Positions 9,662 through 19,557 of a DNA stretch of 38,745 bases are shown piece after piece (position 1 is the first letter of the stretch; every line of letters starts with the position of its first letter). The position numbers and the translations under genes were made by a program. The stretch comes from Kiritimatiellia bacterium (GTDB taxonomy: Bacteria > Verrucomicrobiota > Kiritimatiellia > RFP12 > UBA3636). The notes under the pieces are model-generated. The model ran no database searches and was not told the origin of the DNA. It was given only the letters and a program-made list of their open reading frames with translations. Location: positions 1-38,745 of the forward strand of contig JAFPBK010000083.1 in the NCBI GenBank assembly GCA_017424105.1, given 5' to 3'.

Positions 9662-10849
9662 CTAACGGACCTTTAGAATTAACAATAAAAGCATTGGCAT
9701 CAATATTATCTGGATAATCATAAATCTGATTACCACCTGAACAATGCTCCAACCCTTTTCCTTACGGAAGTGGTCATGCACAGGGCAACGGAAGATAAAT
9801 GCAAGTGCATGATACCAAGGAAGTGCTTTAAATTCTTCCTGAGTTGTTGGCACCTTCTTAACCCCCTTACCAATCTTTTTCAGACCTTTAAGATAGATAA
9901 TTTTCAACAAGCCACAAATTCCATCAAAAAGAACTACTGGCATGATAGCAAAAATAATAAAAGGATTTCCTGTTGCCATTATTGCAACACCCATAAGCAT
10001 TCCAAGTCCGCGAGAACCTGCATCACCCATCAAAACTGCACTAGGAGCCGCATTATACCAAAGATAAGCCAATGTTGCGCCAGTGAAAGTAGATGTCAAA
10101 ATTGCCCAATAAGCTCCATTTGGATTGTGTGGAACAAGCAAATATGCAGAAACAGTTTCATGACCTACAACGCCATAAAGGAATACAGTCAATATTAGTA
10201 ATGAAACGATTGTCTGAGTACCAAGTAATCCATCAATTCCATCAGAGCAATTTGTTGCATTCAAACTTATAACTATAACAGTAGCTGCAATAATTGTATA
10301 TGTCAACCAATGCACATCAAATGTAACTTTAGTGAATGGAATCCATAATGCCATATTTTGGAATTTGCAAAGAGCTAAACCAGCCAAAATAGAAACAGCT
10401 ATATCTAATACAAGCTTTTTGCCTCTGCCCCATGGCTTTGTTGCCTTATCATCAAAATACCCACAAAGCATTGCAAGATAGATACATCCGACGCATAACC
10501 ACTCACTGCTTAAAAGCATGCTAAAGCCGCGCCATGTAAACTCTCCATTTTCTGCAAAAAACGCCTGATGTGTTGCTGGTAAAATTGGCAAAGCTAAAAT
10601 CAGCACTGGCAAAGACAATAAAAAGAAAATTATTCCAGCACCAGTAGGCTTTCCTTCAGATTGTTTTCCGTCCGGTGTAAGACCTTTACCTCTGTCACGA
10701 GGCAAGCGATTCCACAATTTAGGAAGCAAGAAATAAGTAAGAAGCAATGCCAAAGCTGCACCAATACAAATTAAAACAAGGTGGGAGCCAAACATACGAA
10801 GCGGACCAAGTCCACTAATATTAGAAAGATTCTTTAATAGATATAGCAT
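9662..10849 (-). CDS. mraY: phospho-N-acetylmuramoyl-pentapeptide transferase (GT4/MraY)
   Basis: KPTGAG, GYFDD, NATNCSDGIDGL, LWYNAAPSAVLMGDAGS, PVHDHF; polytopic; start MLYLL chosen. Confidence 0.88.
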   Translation of the reverse strand: MLYLLKNLSNISGLGPLRMFGSHLVLICIGAALALLLTYFLLPKLWNRLPRDRGKGLTPDGKQSEGKPTGAGIIFFLLSLPVLILALPILPATHQAFFAENGEFTWRGFSMLLSSEWLCVGCIYLAMLCGYFDDKATKPWGRGKKLVLDIAVSILAGLALCKFQNMALWIPFTKVTFDVHWLTYTIIAATVIVISLNATNCSDGIDGLLGTQTIVSLLILTVFLYGVVGHETVSAYLLVPHNPNGAYWAILTSTFTGATLAYLWYNAAPSAVLMGDAGSRGLGMLMGVAIMATGNPFIIFAIMPVVLFDGICGLLKIIYLKGLKKIGKGVKKVPTTQEEFKALPWYHALAFIFRCPVHDHFRKEKGWSIVQVVIRFMIIQIILMPMLLLLILKVR

Positions 10850-10939
10850 AACAATATAAAATTGAAATAGTGGAGAATAAAAAAATATATGCAAAATATA
10901 TTTTTAATTTCAAATGCATATATTAAAAAGAGAAAAAAA

Positions 10940-11016
<77 letters not shown>

Positions 11017-11204
11017 GCAAATACGTCTTTATATATTATGGTTTTTTGAAAAATATCTCAAGAAAAAAAATCAACAATTATAAAGAATTCATTGATTTTT
11101 TTGGAAAAGGCAAGCAAAATTTGTGAAAATGCCGTCAAGCGTAGCAGTCTCACCTATAAAAAATCAACAAGTGAGAAAACTGCTCTGCACACAACAAAAA
11201 TGAG

Positions 11205-11822
11205 CTAGGAATTAAAAATTCTGTCGCCAGCATCACCTAATCCAGGAAGAATATACTTCTTCTCATTCAAGCATCTGTCAATCACAGCTGTATAGATATT
11301 TACATCTGGATGCTGTGTCTGCATATACTCTATTCCCTCTGGACAAGAAATTAAGCATGCCAAAATAATACGCTTGTAGCCCTTTGCTTTGATATTTGCT
11401 ACAGCAGCAGCTGAAGAACCACCTGTCGCAAGCATTGGGTCAATTACAATTGCAATAGAATCTGCCTCTGGCTCAGGAATATTGCTATAATACTCTATTG
11501 GCTGAGCGGTTTCATGGTCGCGACACATACCCAAAAAGCCTACTCGTGCTGTTGGCACCAGCTTTGTTGCTGCATCAAGCATACCTACGCCTGCTCGCAA
11601 AATTGGAATAAAGATAATTGGTGCGCCCAACTCTTCACACTCTGCCACCTCAAGAGGAGTTTCCACAGCAACCTTGCGTGTTGGCATTTCGCGTAATGCT
11701 TCAAAAACAACAAATTCAGCCAGCTCACTTGCCAATCTGCGAAACTCCTCTGATGGAGTTGCTTTATCACGTAGCTTTGCCAGTTTATGAGAAACTAATG
11801 GATGCTTTACCTCTTTATACAT
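11205..11822 (-). CDS. upp: uracil phosphoribosyltransferase
   Basis: HPLVSHKL, PILRAG, DPMLATGGS, YILPGLGDAGDR; GGAGG RBS before ATG 11822. Confidence 0.97.
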   Translation of the reverse strand: MYKEVKHPLVSHKLAKLRDKATPSEEFRRLASELAEFVVFEALREMPTRKVAVETPLEVAECEELGAPIIFIPILRAGVGMLDAATKLVPTARVGFLGMCRDHETAQPIEYYSNIPEPEADSIAIVIDPMLATGGSSAAAVANIKAKGYKRIILACLISCPEGIEYMQTQHPDVNIYTAVIDRCLNEKKYILPGLGDAGDRIFNS

Positions 11823-11846
11823 AATTCTTTCCTCCAAAATTGCTTT

Positions 11847-12401
11847 TTATAGCTTGCTATTTGCAAATGCTTTGCCCACACACTCACCTATTGCATGGTA
11901 AGTGTGATTCATTGGATCGTATGTTATTGGATTAAGCTTTGCAATATCCAACTTTCCATCCTCATTAAAAACACGCTCATCTGCTGCTACATTTACAATG
12001 CGTCCTATCAAACGACAGCTAGGTGCATCATAAGAAATTACTTCGCACTCCAAAACCATTGGTAATTCAGCAAATATTGGAGCATCAACAAAGCTGCTCT
12101 TCTCTACTGTCCAGCCTGTCTTTTCTACCTTTGCGGAATCCTTGTTTCCTGAAACTATGCCAACAAAATCAGCTGCCTTCATATTGGCGACATCTGCAAT
12201 GCCTACAGTAAAGCCTTTGTGCACTTCAAGATTCTTTGCGGTCTTGTGTTCGTCACTAATACAAATTGTAATTTCTGTTTCTTCGCTAATGCCACCCCAT
12301 GCAGCTGTCATTGCATTAGCCACACCATTCTCATCATAAGTTCCAACAACCAATACTGGCATTGGATATAAAATTGCCTTTGCACCAAGATTCTTTTTCA
12401 T
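11847..12401 (-). CDS. flavin reductase family protein (flavoredoxin-like)
   Basis: YPMPVLVVGTYD..NAMTAAWGG, DFVGIVSG, APIF..LEC. Confidence 0.88.
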   Translation of the reverse strand: MKKNLGAKAILYPMPVLVVGTYDENGVANAMTAAWGGISEETEITICISDEHKTAKNLEVHKGFTVGIADVANMKAADFVGIVSGNKDSAKVEKTGWTVEKSSFVDAPIFAELPMVLECEVISYDAPSCRLIGRIVNVAADERVFNEDGKLDIAKLNPITYDPMNHTYHAIGECVGKAFANSKL

Positions 12402-12422
12402 GAACACCCTCCCCCTAAAAAA

Positions 12423-13631
12423 TTATTGTTCTGCAGCCAATTTACCTGAAGCTAATGCCCAAGTAATATTGTATCCACCACATGGAGCATCTACATCAAC
12501 TAATTCTCCTGTGATGTATAATCCTTTGATTGTCTTTGATTCAAGAGTAAATGGATCTAGCTCCTTGATTGATACACCACCATGAGTAACCATTGCACTC
12601 TCCCAATCACCTAGTCCAGTGATTGTAAGCTTAGTTCCACAGCAGAGCTCTGCAAGGCGCTCTGTCATTCCACGATTAAAATGAGCAACAATTGTATCTG
12701 ACTCAAGCCCTGCTTGTTTACACAATGCTTTAGCCAATGCTTTTGGCAAATATTTTGATAGCAAATTATTTACTTGGCTTGTACCATAAGGGCGGCGCCA
12801 AGAGTCAAACAAATCAATCCAATCCTGGAGCAGCATATCAGCAATGTATGAAAGCTTTAGGATATATGGCTCTTTTGACTTTGCAAAGCGTGAAGCAATT
12901 TGCCCTGAATAAGCAAGTGCAGCTGGGCCACTGACACCTGTATGAGTAAATAAAATTGCACCAGAAAGAGGCTCTACACCTTTTGCAGAAAGCAATGCAT
13001 TTGGACAAGAAATTCCTGATAGCTCTGCAAGCCATTTCTCTTTTATAAAAATAGGAGCCAATGCTGGCATCAATGGTGTAATTTTTATTCCGTGCTTAGA
13101 AAGCATTTCATAGGCGGCACCAGTAGAACCAAGTGCGCGGCGACACTTTCCGCCAGTACAAAAGATAACTTTATCTGCGTTAAACACCTTGCCACTGGCA
13201 GTCTTTACACCCACTACATGATTATCTTCAACAAGAAGCTCTGTAACTTCACAATCATATACGAAAGAGGCATTTTTCTCTGCTGCTGAATATAAAGCAC
13301 CAACAATATCTGTAGCCTTACCTGACTCTGGGAAGATGCATCCATCCTCCTCTACTATGGTTTGTACGCCATTTTGTGAGAGCAGCTCACAAATATCCTC
13401 AGGGGTAAATTGAGAAAGAGCAGGCTCTACAAAGCGATTTCGCTTGCCAAATGTAGCCATCAGCTCATCAATTGTGGCAGAGTGTGTCACATTGCAACGG
13501 CCACCACCTGTTGCAAGCAGCTTACGAGCTGGCTGTGAAAGCTGCTCCAAAACTAGCGTTCTGCCAGCCTTAGAGAAAATTGCTGCAGCTAAGCCTGCAG
13601 CACCAGCTCCCACAATCAGTGTTGTTCCCAT
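12423..13631 (-). CDS. HI0933/BaiN (YhiN) family flavoprotein
   Basis: GAGAAGL, KLLATGGGRCNVT, LFTHTGVSGP, VTHGGV, GELVDVDAPCGGYN. Confidence 0.92.
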   Translation of the reverse strand: MGTTLIVGAGAAGLAAAIFSKAGRTLVLEQLSQPARKLLATGGGRCNVTHSATIDELMATFGKRNRFVEPALSQFTPEDICELLSQNGVQTIVEEDGCIFPESGKATDIVGALYSAAEKNASFVYDCEVTELLVEDNHVVGVKTASGKVFNADKVIFCTGGKCRRALGSTGAAYEMLSKHGIKITPLMPALAPIFIKEKWLAELSGISCPNALLSAKGVEPLSGAILFTHTGVSGPAALAYSGQIASRFAKSKEPYILKLSYIADMLLQDWIDLFDSWRRPYGTSQVNNLLSKYLPKALAKALCKQAGLESDTIVAHFNRGMTERLAELCCGTKLTITGLGDWESAMVTHGGVSIKELDPFTLESKTIKGLYITGELVDVDAPCGGYNITWALASGKLAAEQ

Positions 13632-13636
13632 AACGA

Positions 13637-15127
13637 TTAGAAATAGAGATCACGCTCACCAGCGCAAATGCGGTTGTAGCGTTCTAATACATTTGGATAG
13701 AACAGAGGATATGTTTCCTCAATAGCCTTAAGCTCCTGCTGAATTACAGGCTCACAAATCTTAACGCTCTCAGGGGAAGCAAAATCATCCAACCACTCGC
13801 GATAAGTAAGCACAGCATTAATCTTGCAGAATGTGCCTTCCTTACCTGTCTTCAATGCATCCATAATGCAACCACCTGTGCGGCCACAACGATAGCCAGC
13901 AGTACAGAATGAAGTGATGATGCCCTTACGAGCCAAATCTACAATCATCTGCTCCAATGTGCGAGGATCGCCAAGCATAAACTGCTGCTCATCCATCTTC
14001 TGAGTTGTGTTGCGCTGTGAATAACCACCGATATCAATACGAGTAGATGCATCCATCTGAGTGATACCCAAATCTAAGCAGCGATCACGTAGCTCAGCTG
14101 TTTCACGTGCAGTAACAATAAGACCTGTATATGGCACAGATAGACGAAGCACTGTAACTGCGTGGATGAAATTATCATCTGTAAATGTGCTTGGTGAATT
14201 TGCTACATCTGAGCCACTGGCAGCATGCATACGTGGTACAGAGAATGTATGAGGGCCAATACCAACAAAACGCTCCAACTCGCGAGCATGTGTAATAAGC
14301 CCCATCACCTCAAAGCGCCAATCTGGCTGCAAGCCGAATAGTACACCCAAGCCAACATCATCAATGCCTGCATCAAAAGCACGATGCATACATGTCAAAC
14401 GCCAGCCATAATCACCCTTAACAGTATCTGCTGGGTGCATCTGAGCATAAACCTTGTGATTGTATGTCTCCTGGAACACCTGAAAAGTACCGATACCAGC
14501 CTGTTGAACAATCTTCAAATCATCAATAGAAAGCGGTGCAGCATTAACATTGATACGGCGAACATTGCTATTACCATGACGTGTCTTTACGTTAACTGAA
14601 TAGATTGCATCAAGGCTTTCTGCAATAAATTCTGCACCTGTCATTGGGTGCTCACCATAAACAGCCATCACGCGCTTATGACCATGTATACCTGTCATTG
14701 CCTCAGCTTCTGCCTTAATTTCATCCATTGTAAGGCAGCGGCGCTTCTGGTTTGGATTATCTGCACTAAAGCCACAGTAGCGGCAACGGTTAATGCAGTG
14801 GCTTGAGATATACATTGGAGCAAAGGTAACAATACGATTATCGTATACCTTGTGCTTAATTGCATTAGCTGTCTCTTCCATTTCCTTGCGAAGCTCTGGG
14901 TCTGTCACATAAAGCAATGCAGCAGTTTCCTCTGGCTCCAGTGTTTCAACAGCTAAAGACTTTGCTAAAATATCGCGAATGCGAGCTGGATCTGTATTCT
15001 TCTTACCAGCCTCTAGCTGGCGCATAATTAGCTCGTCATCAATAAAGTCGCGACCATTTGTGTAGTAGCGCGTAATTTCATCGCGCTTAATCATTTTATC
15101 TAATAAATTTTGCTTTGATGTATCCAT
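13637..15127 (-). CDS. hydG: [FeFe]-hydrogenase H-cluster radical SAM maturase HydG
   Basis: FAPMY, CINRCRYC, FQETY, GIDDVG, GPHTFSVPR, C-terminal CX5CX19C, GERDLYF end. Confidence 0.95.
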   Translation of the reverse strand: MDTSKQNLLDKMIKRDEITRYYTNGRDFIDDELIMRQLEAGKKNTDPARIRDILAKSLAVETLEPEETAALLYVTDPELRKEMEETANAIKHKVYDNRIVTFAPMYISSHCINRCRYCGFSADNPNQKRRCLTMDEIKAEAEAMTGIHGHKRVMAVYGEHPMTGAEFIAESLDAIYSVNVKTRHGNSNVRRINVNAAPLSIDDLKIVQQAGIGTFQVFQETYNHKVYAQMHPADTVKGDYGWRLTCMHRAFDAGIDDVGLGVLFGLQPDWRFEVMGLITHARELERFVGIGPHTFSVPRMHAASGSDVANSPSTFTDDNFIHAVTVLRLSVPYTGLIVTARETAELRDRCLDLGITQMDASTRIDIGGYSQRNTTQKMDEQQFMLGDPRTLEQMIVDLARKGIITSFCTAGYRCGRTGGCIMDALKTGKEGTFCKINAVLTYREWLDDFASPESVKICEPVIQQELKAIEETYPLFYPNVLERYNRICAGERDLYF

Positions 15128-15365
15128 AATTCACTCCTTGGGTTCAGAACATTCCTTACCTCAGAAAATTTGAAATATTATACCATATAATGCGCGTAAG
15201 AAACAAGTACGTATGCAAAACGAACAAGATTTATATTGGATTTATTTAATTAACCTGATATGTGAATTGTTTTTTTAATTAAAGTTTTTTTATTGTTGAT
15301 ATTAGAAGTTGAAATATGATAACATATGCGCATTCAAGAAACAAATATAGTTTGTTTTGTTTGTT

Positions 15366-15454
15366 GGAGAGGTGTCCGAGTGGTCGAAGGAGCAGCACTG
15401 GAAATGCTGTGTACCCCCCGGGTACCGAGGGTTCAAATCCCTCCCTCTCCGCCA
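15366..15454 (+). tRNA. tRNA-Ser(GGA)
   Basis: Anticodon arm CAGCA-CTGGAAA-TGCTG, long variable arm, CCA. Confidence 0.96.
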
Positions 15455-15466
15455 TTGAAACCTAAT

Positions 15467-15553
15467 GCCTAGGTGGCGAAATCGGCAGACGCAAGGGACT
15501 TAAAATCCCTTGGTGGAAACACCGTATGGGTTCAAGTCCCATCCTAGGCACCA
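15467..15553 (+). tRNA. tRNA-Leu(TAA)
   Basis: Anticodon arm AGGGA-CTTAAAA-TCCCT, long variable arm, CCA. Confidence 0.96.
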
Positions 15554-15563
15554 TTTACAAAAT

Positions 15564-15606
15564 ATGCTGAACCATTGGTATTTATTACGGGTTCGGCATT
15601 TTTTTG
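15564..15606 (+). terminator. terminator of the tRNA pair
   Basis: ATGCTGAACC...GGTTCGGCAT followed by a T run. Confidence 0.75.
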
Positions 15607-15639
15607 TTTTAGACGAGTTGTTCACACACATCTGTGTAA

Positions 15640-15805
15640 CTTGTGTATGGGAGCGTACGTAAGCGTGATGGCTAAACGTGCGAAAATAAAATAGGATGTC
15701 AAAATTTAGCAATATCGCTGAATTTTGACATCCCTTGTACACGTTGCGTGTGATTCTTTATCTCGGGGCGCTTAAGTTTAGCCCTGGCTGAGCACAGATA
15801 GATTT
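15640..15805 (-). repeat. inverted, degenerate copy of the type-2 tail of the dispersed element
   Basis: GCGTACGTAAGCGTGATGGCTAAA is the reverse complement of ~25961-25984; TTATCTCGGGGCG...GCCCTGGCTGAGCAC matches the reverse complement of 34395-34431. Confidence 0.7.
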
Positions 15806-17213
15806 AGCAATCAAAGATTAAGAATAAAGGATAATCTCGCAAAGGAATATGCTTTAAAAGAAACACCTTCTCATTCTCACGCTCTACCATAGAATCTGAC
15901 AACTCATATATAACACCTGTCATTGGGTCAACTAATTTTGGAGCATTTTTATATCCACCAAAACAAATTGTTATTGTTTCTTCTATTGAACAATTTATTA
16001 AATCAGTTGGTTTCCAATAGGTAAACAATTCTCTGCCATCTGACAACTTAAAGCCACCTGCTACGATGTCCTTAAAGCTTGCCTCTTGCTTCCAGCCCAT
16101 AAGCTGTGAAGAATTTGGCAAAATATTGTAGACAATATTATTGAGAACCTTTGGTTCTTCCTTAAATAATGAACCTAATACCTGCAATGCCTTAAATGAT
16201 ATTTTTGGTTTATATTCTCCAGTTGATTTTCCATCCTCATCAAAGGTTGCTGAAAGCACCCCGAAATAACCATAATCCAGATAGGTTGACTTATCTCCTA
16301 CCTTGCCATTTAATGCCTCAATCATATCCATTGTTGAGAAAAATGACATAAATTCTACATCACAAAGAAAATCAGATACTGTATGACGAAGTAATTGCTT
16401 TGCTTGCTTTTCCTCTGTCCAAGCCATGCCATTTAATGCTCCCGCACCATCTGGGCGTGACTGAGAACCAGACTCGCCTTGGATAATCTTTATTTCAGGA
16501 TTATACTTTTTCAATGCCGCTGAATACATACGCATACGATCAGGATTTTCTGATTCATCTGCAGAATAACAGTGATAAGTAAAGCCCCATGCTTTATCTA
16601 AACACCCTGTTTCAAGCATATCATAAAGCCAACCTAATTGATGCATACAGACAGAACCCACTATCACTTTTCCATTAGGATTTGCCTTATGTATAGCATC
16701 TGCTGTATGAATTACAAATTCGCCATACTCTTTTCCTGATTGACCATGCTTCCAGCACCATATTCCGTCAGGTTCATTCCACACTTCAAAGCGCTCTACC
16801 CCACGCTCCTTATATCGTGATACTAATGCATACACATAATTGTACCATGCATCCCTTTGTTCCTGAGTCTTTACAGGAGGAATACCAACGGCTCCAAAAA
16901 TCTTTGCTGCTTCTTCGTCGTACAACCCATTGCCATAGCAAAGACAAATCCAAGGCATGGTACCAATCTTTAACAGATTATCGACAATAGAATCAAGCCA
17001 CGCAAAATCGTATTCTCCCTTAACCTTCTCAGTACGAGCCCATCCCGACTGTATACGAATCCATTTTGCACCAGTCTGTGCTACATATGGATAAGCCTTT
17101 TCAGGATCAAACACATCACGATCCAGCTTTTCAAAGCCAAGCCCTAATTTTGATTTTTTTACATCTTTACCGGCAACTGGCTCTACTTCTCCAATTTTCT
17201 TTAATCTGAACAT
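15804..17213 (-). CDS. clan GH-A glycoside hydrolase (GH39-like), no signal peptide
   Basis: WIRIQSGW..EKVKGEYDF, EVWNEPD acid/base, TYHCY, QGESG nucleophile. Confidence 0.75.
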   Translation of the reverse strand: MFRLKKIGEVEPVAGKDVKKSKLGLGFEKLDRDVFDPEKAYPYVAQTGAKWIRIQSGWARTEKVKGEYDFAWLDSIVDNLLKIGTMPWICLCYGNGLYDEEAAKIFGAVGIPPVKTQEQRDAWYNYVYALVSRYKERGVERFEVWNEPDGIWCWKHGQSGKEYGEFVIHTADAIHKANPNGKVIVGSVCMHQLGWLYDMLETGCLDKAWGFTYHCYSADESENPDRMRMYSAALKKYNPEIKIIQGESGSQSRPDGAGALNGMAWTEEKQAKQLLRHTVSDFLCDVEFMSFFSTMDMIEALNGKVGDKSTYLDYGYFGVLSATFDEDGKSTGEYKPKISFKALQVLGSLFKEEPKVLNNIVYNILPNSSQLMGWKQEASFKDIVAGGFKLSDGRELFTYWKPTDLINCSIEETITICFGGYKNAPKLVDPMTGVIYELSDSMVERENEKVFLLKHIPLRDYPLFLIFDC

Positions 17214-17225
17214 AAGATATTGCCT

Positions 17226-18557
17226 TTAATCTCTTGAAGTTTCAAATTTCTCTGCCCATGGGGAAACATAACCATGATCAGAGCCACTATACCAAGTTGC
17301 CTTTACTGGCACCTGTAATGCATTATATAAAACAGCATTACTACGTGGAGAGCAAGTATAATCACCTAAACCAATTCGATCAAATTCCACAGGAACAGAG
17401 ATGCGCTTTGCATGATTTACAGCATCGTAATAACCAAGAGCATCTACCCAACCAGGATGCCATGAACGCAAAAGCTTATCATTTGTCTGGCTTCCAATAT
17501 CGCAGCACCATACAATACCAATTCGACACTTTGTAACATCATAATCGTGAGCTGCAGCCCATACAGATTGCAAACCGCCTTGACTACCTCCAGCAACTGT
17601 TAAATTTTTACCATCCCATTGAGGCAGACTCTTTACATATTGCAATGCACGAAGCACACGCAATAGCATATCATGAAAATAAGCTGTATCAGGATTACTA
17701 TTCTGATTTGGATCCATAGCATAGCTATGACCATTGCTTCTGATATTCTTATCATACTCTGAATAATATGCATTATCCTTACCTAATTCATAGCCATGTG
17801 CATTGATTTGGAAATATATATCATCTGTAGCATATCCTAGTGGATATTGCTTACTGCAACCATAACCCATAAATTCAACTGTTGCTGACTGAGTACCTGG
17901 CTTAGCATTTGGATCCATCACAATATAACCTGTCACTGGTTGTTTTGTTGGTGAGCTTACCTTTACAGCATAGACACACTTGCCATTCAAATTTGTATTT
18001 ACACAATTTAACTCAGCTTCAACTGGGACATCCTCAAGCTTAGAAATTTCTTTAGCCCAATATGCATCAAAATCTGCGGGCTCTGCTACTGTCTGCTTCA
18101 ACTCAGAAATTGCTGCACCTGCACCCATCATTGCACAAATATCGTACTTATGCTTGCCTCCCCAAAATTGAACAGTGTGCTTTAGGCGAGCTTTTGCTTC
18201 GTTCTCTATATGCGCACGCACATCAACAAAACCAGGAATTGAAATTGATGTTGTATAATCAACTGTTTCTCCAACCTTTATTGGGAAGCGCTTTGTTACA
18301 GAAACACCATCATCTCCGCGGCGGCGCACTACCAAATCAAATTTGTTTGTCACATCACCCTCTTTGCATTGCAAAGTAAAAGAAAATGTCATAGGCTCAT
18401 TAAGAGCAAATTCTACTGCATTTTTATTTGTTTTACCAACAAGTTCAAGAGACTCACTACTCTTTAGTGCCAAAGATTGTTCGTCTGCAAACGAAGAAGT
18501 AGCATTAAAAATAAATGCGCTTAATAATCCAACTGATAAGATTGATTTTTTATTCAT
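17226..18557 (-). CDS. secreted acetylxylan esterase/cephalosporin deacetylase-like (AXE1/CE7-like)
   Basis: Signal peptide from MNKK (RBS AAAGAGGA); EPADFDAYW, GYG, GGSQGG nucleophile, GLGDYTC, DHG. Confidence 0.82.
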   Translation of the reverse strand: MNKKSILSVGLLSAFIFNATSSFADEQSLALKSSESLELVGKTNKNAVEFALNEPMTFSFTLQCKEGDVTNKFDLVVRRRGDDGVSVTKRFPIKVGETVDYTTSISIPGFVDVRAHIENEAKARLKHTVQFWGGKHKYDICAMMGAGAAISELKQTVAEPADFDAYWAKEISKLEDVPVEAELNCVNTNLNGKCVYAVKVSSPTKQPVTGYIVMDPNAKPGTQSATVEFMGYGCSKQYPLGYATDDIYFQINAHGYELGKDNAYYSEYDKNIRSNGHSYAMDPNQNSNPDTAYFHDMLLRVLRALQYVKSLPQWDGKNLTVAGGSQGGLQSVWAAAHDYDVTKCRIGIVWCCDIGSQTNDKLLRSWHPGWVDALGYYDAVNHAKRISVPVEFDRIGLGDYTCSPRSNAVLYNALQVPVKATWYSGSDHGYVSPWAEKFETSRD

Positions 18558-18606
18558 ATTTTCCTCTTTTAAATTTATTATTTTCAAAAATCTTTTTACT
18601 TATTCT

Positions 18607-18957
18607 CTAACCTTGCAACTCAAATGCTGTTGCATCACAGCCATCCATTGCTGCTGGTTTTTCCACATAGACGCGTACCCATCCCACTTTAGGCAGAGCT
18701 TTGATTTCTGTAAAGATATCATAAGCAAAGCTCTCAATTAGTTTATATTCTTTTGATGCAGCAAATTTATTTACTATTTCAAGAGCTAATTCATAATTAA
18801 AAGTGTCATTAAGATCATCACTTGTTAAAGCACGTTCTATACCTAATGGGCTTAGTTCAATATCTACTACAGCAGGGCGAGGAGCTATTCTCTCCTCAGG
18901 ATAGTGCCCTAGTATTAGGTTAACCTTTATCCTTTTTACAAAAATCTTTGCTTCCAT
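18607..18957 (-). CDS. folB: dihydroneopterin aldolase
   Basis: ILGHYPEER, SDDLNDTFNY, LIE, VEKPAA. Confidence 0.9.
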   Translation of the reverse strand: MEAKIFVKRIKVNLILGHYPEERIAPRPAVVDIELSPLGIERALTSDDLNDTFNYELALEIVNKFAASKEYKLIESFAYDIFTEIKALPKVGWVRVYVEKPAAMDGCDATAFELQG

Positions 18958-19042
18958 AAAATCTCACATATATAAATTCATTTTGATTTTTTATAAAATT
19001 ATACACTATGATGTAATCTTTTTCCATAAAAAACCATACCTT

Positions 19043-19500
19043 AGCCTAAATTCGTAGCCGAATTTAGATGAAGCAGCACTGCGGCATATGAAGCATTGCG
19101 AAGCACTATATGCGATGGAATTATTTAAAGTTTCAGCAAGGCGAGGACGCCATGCCGCCCAGTTATTCTGTAAGACGGGGACGTCTTACAGCCCAGTTAA
19201 CGTGTAGGACGGGGACGTCCTACACCCCAGTTAAGCACACACAAAAAAATATTTTACCTAATCTATTCGTTATTCACTATTCACTAATTCTGCGTACTTA
19301 CGCTCCCATACTCAATTATCTTGTGGGCCGCACACGCTAGCGATTGGTAGTTGGCGTTATCTTGGAGCGGCTAGGCGTCGCCCTAGCCTCCAACAACAAG
19401 CGCTGGCGTATCATCCGGAACCACCACGCAAGCCCCCACACAAGCTCAGCGCACCTCAGCGCCCTTTGCGCTCTCTGCGTCCCTTCCCTTCGCACGCTAG
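19043..19500 (+). repeat. dispersed modular multi-hairpin element, copy 1 (type-1 tail)
   Basis: Core 19127-19230 is near-identical to the copies at 25656, 34245 and 38469; leader and tail are shared with copy 4. Confidence 0.92.
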
Positions 19501-19557
19501 CCGTCTTACTTGAATTCTACTGCAATTCAAGGACTAACAGTGCTTGTGCTGCTTAAT

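Noticed and set aside
19110-19556. ORFs inside the repeat element (19110..19340, 19344..19556, also 34372..34566)
   Set aside because: Frame not conserved: copy 2 has TGA at codon 3, copy 3 is frameshifted and copy 4 stops after 45 aa; no recognisable domain.
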